Source of the DNA: a virus
Virus genome (UHGV): UHGV-0101699
Direction: 5' to 3' (one strand)
DNA: 64,000 nucleotides
The position numbers and the translations under genes were made by a program. Positions 39,576 through 47,802 of the stretch are shown here, piece by piece. The number at the start of each line of letters is the position of its first letter. Positions within the stretch are counted from its first letter, which is position 1. The notes beneath the pieces are model-generated. The model had not been told where the DNA came from and did not search any database. It saw only the letters and a list, made by a program, of their open reading frames with translations.

Positions 39576-41921
39576 TTACTCGATGGTTTCTGTAGTGCCA
39601 GAAGACAGGTCTTTAGCTCGACGTTCGTCGATGGCCTGTAGCGCCGCAATGATCTCAGGAAGGGGCTTATCACGATACATGTCGACTATCTGCGATTTGG
39701 TGTACTTCTTGTCGCCAATCTCTACGCGGCCGCTGGCATTCTTTGGCAGGTATCCTTCTTCGAGCATGTGCTCAACCAGTGACTCGATAACGTCCAGACC
39801 GCGGGTCGGGTCGAAGTAGAATTTCCATGAGCATTTGCCGAATGGCGGTGCCACTTTGTTTTTGATGCACTCGGCGCCAACGTCCTGACCGATCTTATCT
39901 TTGCCATCCTTCATGACAGAAGCGCCAAGACGAATACGTACTGAGGCGTAGAACTTCGGAGAATCACCACCAGGGGAGGTGGTCGGATCGCCAAACATCA
40001 CGCCGATTTTTGTACGAACCTGGTTAAGGAAAATAATGCAGGCATTGTACTTGCGCGCCCATAGCGCCAGCGTTGGAAAGTTGGCGCTCGTGGCGCGAGC
40101 CAGGGCCGTATTATCGTTCATGTTTAGCTGATCTTTATCCTTCGCTGTACCTTCCGCCATTTTGTCGAACTTCTCGGCTTTGGAGTTTGGCACCATTGAC
40201 GCAAGGGAGTCGGCTACGATGCAAATAGGGGCGTCTGCGGGGATCAGCTCTTCGTCTCGCACCAGTTTCAGGATGGTGCCGATCAGCTCAACCGATTCTT
40301 CGAATGTGTCCGGCTGCTTATAGACCCACTGGCCGTCATCCTCATCCGCATTCAGCCCGTTTGCCACCGCCAGACCAACGTCAAAGCTGTTTTCGTGGTC
40401 GAGGAATACAGCCAGACCCTCCTGTTTCTGAGCGGAGACCATGGCGGCCGTCGCCAGGAATGTGTTGTGGCTGATAATCCCGTTAGACCAGAAAGAGTGT
40501 GTTTCCGGCATCGCTACGTCGAACGTTGGTGCTTCACCTTCCTCAATAGCCACGACTTCGTCGTAGAACAAGTTAGAGTCAATTACCGCTGCCAGTTGTG
40601 CAAACAGATGCTCGTTAAAACGATTCTTTCTGCCAATGAAGGAGACATAGATTTCTCGCAGTTTGTCTATTCCGACACGATCGCCGCGGCCAATAACGTG
40701 ATCTACCAGAACGTAGTCTTTACGAGAGGTCTTGGTGAGTGACTCGTAGAGTGATTTCACTAAGCCGCTGATGTGCGGAACGTAGCCTAAATAAGTGCGG
40801 TCAAAACTAATGTCCCGTTTGGTTGCCACTGCTAAACGAGCCGGAGACTCGAACCCAATCGTTGACAGGAAAAGGTCGTAGTTAGAGCCACTGAATGACA
40901 GCCGGTAATATATGTTTTTATAACCTGCGACGTGTTTTTCAGAGATAGTTGACGTAATCCCCAGATTCAGGAGCATGAGGCGAATTTGCTGTAGCAGCAG
41001 CCCACTCGCGCTCACAACCTCAATGCAGCGACCATCATTGACGTGGCATTCCAGCTCAAAGTAGCCGCGAAGGAATGCAATTTGAGCCTCGCTATTGGCG
41101 CGACGCACACTCAACGGAACCTGCTTGCCAGCAGCTTTCTCATACTCCAGACCATATTCTTTAAAAAGCAGCGAACGCACCTCTTTGCTAAACAGCACAT
41201 GGTCTTCCGAGCCGTTATGTTTTCTCGTAACTGGCATCTTGTCTGATACCAGCGAAATGAGGCGGTAGTACTCATCCTTGATGAATGGATCTGTGTTAGA
41301 AAAATGCACAGAATTTTCAGAGGCCACGTATCCGTCAGCAATTAAATAGCCCATCAGTTTTGCGATATTGGCATCCAAGTGCTGATCGCCGAATTGATGT
41401 GTGCCAACCATTGAAGGAATCGTGTCGCCTACACTGATTTTTTCAGCATACCGCCAGACGATATTGCCTAAGTCGTCAACCACACGAATTGGGTGACGGA
41501 ACGTAGCCTCGATGTAACCCCCTGATGCCAGCTTAATGCGCTTGAATTTGCGACGGTTGTTCCATGTCAGGTGTGAGGTCTTCTCTATCACGCCATTTTC
41601 ATTGATGAGTCCAACGTTATGCTCTACATCGCGAGTAGTGCATGTTGCTTTGTGCCCCTCAATCTCAAACAGTTCTTTCACTGTTACCATTCCACGCTCC
41701 GTCAGCAGCATGGTGTCTGCGGTAACACATTTCCCCGCACTTGGCGGCCCAAAGATCTCAACGATACGTCCGCTTGGGAAACCGCCGTCATAGCGCCCGG
41801 AGATGGCTTTATTCAGCGGAGGGAAGCCGGAATCAATCCAGTGTGAAACCTTTTGGATCTCGTCATTGCTGCCGATTTTCTTTTTTAATGCCATTGCCAG
41901 TGCTGATTTTCCTTTTGCCAT
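39576..41921 (-). CDS. recA: RecA-like recombinase interrupted by a 422-aa intein
   Basis: N-extein RIVEIFGPPSAGK and C-extein TFLATA ... LFINQVRTKIGVMFGDPTTSPGG ... KFYASVRI ... KNKVAPPF collinear with E. coli RecA (359 aa when joined). Confidence 0.85.
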   Translation of the reverse strand: MAKGKSALAMALKKKIGSNDEIQKVSHWIDSGFPPLNKAISGRYDGGFPSGRIVEIFGPPSAGKCVTADTMLLTERGMVTVKELFEIEGHKATCTTRDVEHNVGLINENGVIEKTSHLTWNNRRKFKRIKLASGGYIEATFRHPIRVVDDLGNIVWRYAEKISVGDTIPSMVGTHQFGDQHLDANIAKLMGYLIADGYVASENSVHFSNTDPFIKDEYYRLISLVSDKMPVTRKHNGSEDHVLFSKEVRSLLFKEYGLEYEKAAGKQVPLSVRRANSEAQIAFLRGYFELECHVNDGRCIEVVSASGLLLQQIRLMLLNLGITSTISEKHVAGYKNIYYRLSFSGSNYDLFLSTIGFESPARLAVATKRDISFDRTYLGYVPHISGLVKSLYESLTKTSRKDYVLVDHVIGRGDRVGIDKLREIYVSFIGRKNRFNEHLFAQLAAVIDSNLFYDEVVAIEEGEAPTFDVAMPETHSFWSNGIISHNTFLATAAMVSAQKQEGLAVFLDHENSFDVGLAVANGLNADEDDGQWVYKQPDTFEESVELIGTILKLVRDEELIPADAPICIVADSLASMVPNSKAEKFDKMAEGTAKDKDQLNMNDNTALARATSANFPTLALWARKYNACIIFLNQVRTKIGVMFGDPTTSPGGDSPKFYASVRIRLGASVMKDGKDKIGQDVGAECIKNKVAPPFGKCSWKFYFDPTRGLDVIESLVEHMLEEGYLPKNASGRVEIGDKKYTKSQIVDMYRDKPLPEIIAALQAIDERRAKDLSSGTTETIE
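40464..41729 (-). mobile_element. intein with LAGLIDADG homing-endonuclease domain inserted in the RecA Walker A motif
   Basis: Starts with Cys (CVTADTML), ends SHN followed by Thr; LMGYLIADGYV and LRGYFELECHV dodecapeptide motifs. Confidence 0.8.
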
Positions 41922-41923
41922 TC

Positions 41924-42190
41924 TTAGGCTCCTTTTGTCTCGTTGATGCGTTTGGAAGCGGCGGCTTCATCAAACTTTATTGCGTCGTGGTTGAGGTGTT
42001 TGGCCATGCGGGAGAGGATCTTGACGACCTGTTCGCTAATCAGCCCGTACTCTCGTTCTGTCACGCTCATGCCGGCCGCGCCGAGAATGCGCGGTAGTGC
42101 AACAACGGCATGTTCTCCATGGAAGAAGACAATCTCCTTAGCCAGCATCGTAGGCGTGGTCGTATTGCCGTTGATGAGTGATTTCAACAT
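41924..42190 (-). CDS. hypothetical small protein
   Basis: 88-aa ORF. Confidence 0.45.
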   Translation of the reverse strand: MLKSLINGNTTTPTMLAKEIVFFHGEHAVVALPRILGAAGMSVTEREYGLISEQVVKILSRMAKHLNHDAIKFDEAAASKRINETKGA

Positions 42191-43185
42191 CAGCAGTACC
42201 TCTCAAAAGGCAAAACGAACACATCCAGATCTTCCAGGAATGACCGGAAGTTCAGCTCATGGCAGAGCAGTTCGAAGGCTTTCAAATCACGTGCGCCTTT
42301 TATCTTTTCAATTTCGCTGGGTGGGAACTTGGTATCGATGAGGTTCATCAGCGTCATGTTGCGTTTGAAGGCTTCCAGCATCCGGCAGCCGGTCTTCTCG
42401 TTGAAGGCATTTTTGGCCAGTTTGTTGAATGCCGTTTTGTATCGGCCTTTATTGATGACGATCGAGCCGTCGTTAATGCCGCGCACCATAGCGGCGACGC
42501 TTCCCCATTCGTGCAGCAGCTCCTTGGCGCCACCGTCACCAATCCCGCCTACACCTTTGATGTTGTCGGAGGTATCCCCCTGCAGAGCTTTGGCTTCGAG
42601 GAAAGCACGAGGAGTAGGCAGACCGATCAGCTCTGGGAACTGCTCAAAGTTCACCTGCTTGTGTTTGGCGTCTTCACGAAGGCTCACCCAGCTGACTTTT
42701 TCTCGAACCAGCTGCAGCCAGTCGCCGTCGCCGGTGAGCAGGTAGATATGATCGACCGTTGGTTGTGGCGCAAGACGACCAACCAGCATCCCCGCCAGGT
42801 CATCGGCCTCGGCGTCTTTGGCGATCAGCTGGTTGACGCCAAGGGCGGCCATCATTTTCAGGATATAAGGCTTCTGGACTGCAAAGCCTTCTTTCATCTT
42901 CTTCATTTCCGGATCTTCATCGCGATTTGCTTTGTATTCCGGGTAATAGTCGCGACGCTTGTCGCTAAAGCCGTCCCACAGGATCATGGGGCGAGCGTGA
43001 AGAATGGACGCATAGCGACGAACGTTTTTGACGAAGCCAAACACCGCCTGAACTTCCATTTCGCCGTTATGTAATTTGTCAGATTGCTGGTGGTAATAGC
43101 CCAGGCTGTTACCGTCCACAAAGAGATAATTCACCGGAAAACTCCTTCCAAAAAGTAAGGCGTCCGTAGACGCCTTAACAGTCAT
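42190..43185 (-). CDS. 5'-3' exonuclease / flap endonuclease (T4 RNase H / T5 D15-like)
   Basis: LFVDGNSLGY N-terminal motif, acidic metal-binding clusters, H3TH region. Confidence 0.75.
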   Translation of the reverse strand: MTVKASTDALLFGRSFPVNYLFVDGNSLGYYHQQSDKLHNGEMEVQAVFGFVKNVRRYASILHARPMILWDGFSDKRRDYYPEYKANRDEDPEMKKMKEGFAVQKPYILKMMAALGVNQLIAKDAEADDLAGMLVGRLAPQPTVDHIYLLTGDGDWLQLVREKVSWVSLREDAKHKQVNFEQFPELIGLPTPRAFLEAKALQGDTSDNIKGVGGIGDGGAKELLHEWGSVAAMVRGINDGSIVINKGRYKTAFNKLAKNAFNEKTGCRMLEAFKRNMTLMNLIDTKFPPSEIEKIKGARDLKAFELLCHELNFRSFLEDLDVFVLPFERYC

Positions 43186-43194
43186 GGCCTGTGA

Positions 43195-44202
43195 TTAAAG
43201 CGATTCTAATTCCGCCAGCAGATCGTCAAGACCCTCATCGTCATTAGAAGTGCTGGTCGCGGCTGCAGTGGTAGTGGCGGCAGCAGCTGATGCTTTAACT
43301 TCTTCCGGCTCTGGTACGAACTCAGCTTCTGCGGCACGTAAGATCTCTTCGTCTACCAGAGATGTTTTTGCTGGTTCCGGGGTAGAGGTCGTGGCTACAG
43401 CGGCTGCACCTTCCGTATGGCCAGTGATGGTGCCAAAACCAGGCAGAGTAGCTGCGCTGGCAGCAGCTGGTGAGGAAATAGCAGCGGTGGCGGCGGCAGG
43501 TGCAGCAATACCAATGAGACGCCCCATGGTGCGAACGGTGGACAGCAGACGAGTTTCATCAGCCTGATTGGCGTAAGCGATCAGGTCATGCTGGGTCGAC
43601 CACAGTTTTTCAGGGATATCGCCCTTGTAGACTTTACGTTTTGGGGATACGTCGTACTTGGTATCGCGACCGGAGCCGGTGCGTTTGATCAGGAACGCAT
43701 AGCCTTCTTCTTTGCTTAACGGGTTGCCGATATCATCTGCGATATCCTCAGACATCACTTTGCAGATATCGTCGAACACAGTGGACGGGAGCTCAATCAG
43801 CTGACATTTTTCTGCGTCGCCAAAGTCTTCACGAGCTGAAAGTACGCCATTGACCAGGTAGCGTGGAGTAGCGCGCATTTGACCGATACGCTCTTCCATT
43901 GCCTTGTTGCCTTTGTAGCGAGCGCGACCTTCCATCACCATCTCACACAGCTGGCACGCACGATTGTGGGTGTGCTGTTCGCAGATATAGGCAGTGGTAA
44001 CTTCTTTGCCCTCCTCATTCTGATGCTTAACGTAGTGCATACCGAAAGTCTGGAAGAACACACCGTTCTGATCCTCCTTGTTGGGGAAGATGCGCAGATA
44101 GTTATTACCGTCTTTCAGACGGGTTAGGTCGACGTTGTTGCCTCGTTTGGAAGCAATATCGCCGCGGGTCTTGTTAAGCAGATCAAGTAATGACTTAGAC
44201 AT
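43195..44202 (-). CDS. single-stranded DNA-binding protein, T4 gp32-like
   Basis: Zn-site-like CEQHTHNRACQLC, Ala/Thr-rich linker, acidic C-terminal tail DDEGLDDLLAELESL; GGAG RBS before ATG at 44202. Confidence 0.65.
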   Translation of the reverse strand: MSKSLLDLLNKTRGDIASKRGNNVDLTRLKDGNNYLRIFPNKEDQNGVFFQTFGMHYVKHQNEEGKEVTTAYICEQHTHNRACQLCEMVMEGRARYKGNKAMEERIGQMRATPRYLVNGVLSAREDFGDAEKCQLIELPSTVFDDICKVMSEDIADDIGNPLSKEEGYAFLIKRTGSGRDTKYDVSPKRKVYKGDIPEKLWSTQHDLIAYANQADETRLLSTVRTMGRLIGIAAPAAATAAISSPAAASAATLPGFGTITGHTEGAAAVATTSTPEPAKTSLVDEEILRAAEAEFVPEPEEVKASAAAATTTAAATSTSNDDEGLDDLLAELESL

Positions 44203-44321
44203 GTATTTCTCCTTGTTGTGATTATGGCCATGGGCGCTTTTCGCTTGGGGCATTCGCTTGTTCGTGGCTCTTAAAAGCGTACATAATAATAGATCAGTAC
44301 TTACTTACTATCTATCAAAAA

Positions 44322-44753
44322 TTATCGGGTGGGTGTGAAGCGTTCGGCACCCAGTCGTTCAATCTCTACGATGGCCATTTTCGAGGCCTGCACGATCATG
44401 TCTCTACGGTGAGAGAAGGCGGTGACAGCGTGCTTATAGATGTCAGCGATCAGACGTGCGTCATCCAGTTTTTGGCGCTTCGCAAGGTATTGTGGGCTTG
44501 TGCGAACCTTAGCTTCCAGTACTGATTCATTGAACTTTATTCCGTTCATACTCAAGTTCTTACGTTCAATGTCGTAAATTTTTGCCTCTATGGCATCGAG
44601 GGATAGTTTAGCATCTGCAACCTCTCGTTCCGCGCGCGCTAGTCTTGCGCCGTACTCCATCAACAGCCTCGGTTGCTGCCGCCAAACCTCTTCCAGATTG
44701 TCGCGATCGAACTCCAGATCGGTCATGATTTTTTCGTAAATTTCGGTGCTCAT
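44322..44753 (-). CDS. hypothetical protein (143 aa)
   Basis: ORF. Confidence 0.5.
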   Translation of the reverse strand: MSTEIYEKIMTDLEFDRDNLEEVWRQQPRLLMEYGARLARAEREVADAKLSLDAIEAKIYDIERKNLSMNGIKFNESVLEAKVRTSPQYLAKRQKLDDARLIADIYKHAVTAFSHRRDMIVQASKMAIVEIERLGAERFTPTR

Positions 44754-45102
44754 TTTGTTATGTATCCGCTTACTAATTTATATCAATAGTACCATGAAGA
44801 AATCAGCTGGTGGAGCATGTGTCGTGAAGATGAGAGGGGGTAGGTTGGGTAGAGACGTTTATGTGGCGACGCTGTGAAAAGGAAAATAAATGTTGCACAA
44901 ACAGAAAGGCCATGCGTTAATGATTGCGTCGGTTTGCAAGACAGACCTTATGAAAGCAGTTTTAGTAAAGCAGTCCGAAGTTCAGGTGTTATCCAAAGAT
45001 TACCCTTCTCCGTGAGTCTCCTCCTAAGTGCCCAAGTAAGTACCAATCTCTCAGACCAATTTCGCCGCGTTGTGTGGCTCTCAAATAATGAAGGTAATCT
45101 CT

Positions 45103-45318
45103 ATGTCTAACAAAATGACTGGTTTAGTAAAATGGTTTAACGCTGATAAAGGCTTCGGTTTTATTACCCCAGCAGACGGCAGCAAAGACGTGTTCGTACA
45201 TTTCTCTGCCATCCAGAGCAACAACTTCCGTACCCTGGAAGAAGGCCAAAAAGTTGAGTTCTCTATTGAGAACGGTGCTAAAGGCCCTGCTGCTTCAAAC
45301 GTAGTTACGTTGAGCTAA
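45103..45318 (+). CDS. cspA: cold-shock protein CspA family
   Basis: [38 protein letters not shown] ... near-identical to E. coli CspA; AAGG RBS; about 230-nt upstream leader. Confidence 0.9.
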   Translation: MSNKMTGLVKWFNADKGFGFITPADGSKDVFVHFSAIQSNNFRTLEEGQKVEFSIENGAKGPAASNVVTLS

Positions 45319-45440
45319 TTTCATTTCGGTAATCTATCCGCTGCGATAACGATGACGGCCTGAGCCTGAGTAGTCAGTTTGGAAGGATTATTGGAAGGAG
45401 TTAAAGGTCGTTAGATCTGGACGGCTTCTCTACTAACTCC

Positions 45441-45472
45441 ATGAGAAAACCCGCCATATGGCGGGGTTCTTT
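45441..45472. terminator. bidirectional terminator hairpin AAAACCCGCCATATGGCGGGTTCTTT
   Basis: Perfect CCCGCCA/TGGCGGG stem with A-run and T-run on either side, between convergent genes. Confidence 0.6.
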
Positions 45473-45914
45473 ATGCTACTTTTCTACCGAAAATGTTTGA
45501 TAGAGTGACTCTGGTCTGCCTCTTAAGCCGGTATCTTCTGACGTCGCCTATCTTGCTCACCTCCATGAACTCCTTGGCCACCTTCAGGACAAGACGGGCA
45601 CGGAACGCTTTAAATGAAGCCAGCTCTTCTTCTGGTTTGTCAGATTCATAAATCTCCAGAAGATATTGGCACGCCTTTGGATCTTGCGTTTTTAAAGCCA
45701 GCGCACGCGCGCATTTCCGTAATCGACAAATAGGGTCGGCGCCATCCTGCTTTGCAAACGCCAATGCCAGATCGAGCGTGACAGGGCAGTCAATGATTTC
45801 CCAGAACTGGGATCGCAGAGTGGCTTCAATCGCCTTCTCCTGAAACTCCTGTGGTATTGCTGTGAGCTCTTGAGCAATTTTATCCGCTGCGCTCATGTGT
45901 TTTCCTTTACTCAT
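45471..45914 (-). CDS. hypothetical protein (147 aa)
   Basis: ORF coupled downstream of the DnaE C-terminal fragment. Confidence 0.5.
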   Translation of the reverse strand: MSKGKHMSAADKIAQELTAIPQEFQEKAIEATLRSQFWEIIDCPVTLDLALAFAKQDGADPICRLRKCARALALKTQDPKACQYLLEIYESDKPEEELASFKAFRARLVLKVAKEFMEVSKIGDVRRYRLKRQTRVTLSNIFGRKVA

Positions 45915-47080
45915 TTGTTAATAGTCTCCGCAACCTCTGCCAGAATGGCTTCCAGCTTTTCTCCTTCCTCTGGACGGAAGTACAAAATATTCGGGTTAAA
46001 TCCATAGAACACGGTCACGTCCAGGTCTGGCAGATATTCTTTGCGCCCAACAAGATCGGATGGCTTGCTCTTGTTATTAAACAGCGATGTCGCCCGGCTG
46101 CCGCACGTCAGCACGTAAGTTGGACGAACCAGATTTATCTCTTCCCGCATAAAGTCGATAAACTGGCCGATCTCATCTTTGGTGTAGTCTTTTTCCTTAT
46201 CCTTTACCTTTTTACACACGCCTGTGACATACAAATCACCCATACGCAGGTCACCAGAAACCAGCAACTTGGCTTTGAAGTCATCGTAGCCGTTCTCCAT
46301 GAAGTAGCCGGTACGTGCATCATTGCCATTGGCGTTGTCGAGTATGACCATAATTTTTGGCTTAATGCCGATGCTTGGTCGTATCAACTCATCGCCCAGA
46401 CCCATTTCTGCGGCCATGCGAGTCATCAGCACATTGACCTCTGCAGAGCGTTTTGGGTTCATTTCAAATGGGCGTGAAGCTTTCACCGCATCGATCACCA
46501 GATTGCCCATCAGCTCTGCCTGATCGCGCAGACGTTCCGGATCGGTCGCCGGCATACTGCCAGGTTCAATAGAGGCGAATGCACCAACCTTTTGTAGAGA
46601 CTCACGTACTCGGCTGTTACAGGCTCGCTTCTCGACCGCTTCCTCAAATTGCTCAAGTGACTCGAATTTGCCGCCAACTTTCTCACGCGCTCTCATGATG
46701 GCCTGGCAACCATTCTCAGAGCAGCCTTTCACAGCAGAGAATGGCGCATACAGAACCTGGCTGCCGTCTTCCAGCGTGCGGATCTCAATTCGGTTAGATG
46801 ACACGTTAACGTCTGGTGGCAATACGCGAATGCCATAGGTCAGCGCATCCTTAACCAGCCCCTGGTGCTTATCCTCGCCCAGAATGGTGAGAGCAGCAGC
46901 GAAGAACTCAGCAGGGTAATGTGTCTTTAACCACATAGACTGATAGCTGATCAGCGAGTAGGCAACGGAGTGTGATTTGTTGAAGGCATATCCACCGAAC
47001 TTCTCAAAGGCGTCCCATACTTCTTGGGCTTTCTCAGGGCTAAGACCTTCCTGCTCGGAAATAACTTTGGCAATTTTCAT
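45911..47080 (-). CDS. dnaE: DNA polymerase III alpha (DnaE-type) C-terminal fragment
   Basis: FGGYAFNKSHSVAYSLISYQSMWLKTHYPAEF matches the DnaE motif region around residue 800 onward; OB-fold tail. Confidence 0.85.
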   Translation of the reverse strand: MKIAKVISEQEGLSPEKAQEVWDAFEKFGGYAFNKSHSVAYSLISYQSMWLKTHYPAEFFAAALTILGEDKHQGLVKDALTYGIRVLPPDVNVSSNRIEIRTLEDGSQVLYAPFSAVKGCSENGCQAIMRAREKVGGKFESLEQFEEAVEKRACNSRVRESLQKVGAFASIEPGSMPATDPERLRDQAELMGNLVIDAVKASRPFEMNPKRSAEVNVLMTRMAAEMGLGDELIRPSIGIKPKIMVILDNANGNDARTGYFMENGYDDFKAKLLVSGDLRMGDLYVTGVCKKVKDKEKDYTKDEIGQFIDFMREEINLVRPTYVLTCGSRATSLFNNKSKPSDLVGRKEYLPDLDVTVFYGFNPNILYFRPEEGEKLEAILAEVAETINK

Positions 47081-47802
47081 GTGTTTTTCCCGTCATTAGC
47101 TTCAAACGCTAGCTTTTTTAAGATATTTGCGATTTGAGTGTTAGAGATGCCGAATTTTTCTCGCAACTTTTCATAGGTTGCGCCAGCCTTGCGCAAGGCG
47201 ACCACCTCAGCTCTTGCTTCAGCATCCAGTTTTTTGGATGCTCTTGAGACAACGATCGGCCCACCAACTCGTGCCCATTTCTTCCCGGTGACGATATGGT
47301 GAATGTAAAGCTCAGTTAAACCATATTCGGCCGCGAGGTCTTTGTTCAGAGCGCCTTCTGACTTTTTAATGCGAATAGCAATGACGACTTCGTTGGTTAG
47401 CTTGGCGTTGTAGCGCCTCTCACCAAACTCAACGGTATCGTGTGCAATGGCGTCAGCCATGTTGTCGACTTGAGTGCCATACGCGAGATTGGAGGGCGCA
47501 TTGTTTGATGGTCTTCCGTCAAGATGACGAATAAGTAAGCCTTCTGGTCGTTCTCCGTGGAATGCAGTTGCTACCAGATAATGGACTGTGCGGTCGCATT
47601 TGACGCCGTTGACGCTTAGTTTCACGCCCAGATGTCCAAAATCATTGATTACGCGAGGTTTGAGGATTTGCCCCTTCTTCACCCATTCGCCCCCATTGGG
47701 GGCTGTTCGTATAACATCTAAAGAGCGAATGCGACCTAAACTGGATGCTTCGTAATAACCTTCAAACTCAGGAATGGATTTCCAAATTTCTTCCACCGTC
47801 AA
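47077..47802 (-). CDS. HNH homing endonuclease (NUMOD4/HNH_3 type) inserted within dnaE
   Basis: EFEGYYEASSLGRIRSL N-terminal module; HYLVATAFHG ... RHLDGRPSNN HNH motif; ATGA start/stop overlaps with both dnaE fragments. Confidence 0.8.
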   Translation of the reverse strand: MTVEEIWKSIPEFEGYYEASSLGRIRSLDVIRTAPNGGEWVKKGQILKPRVINDFGHLGVKLSVNGVKCDRTVHYLVATAFHGERPEGLLIRHLDGRPSNNAPSNLAYGTQVDNMADAIAHDTVEFGERRYNAKLTNEVVIAIRIKKSEGALNKDLAAEYGLTELYIHHIVTGKKWARVGGPIVVSRASKKLDAEARAEVVALRKAGATYEKLREKFGISNTQIANILKKLAFEANDGKNT

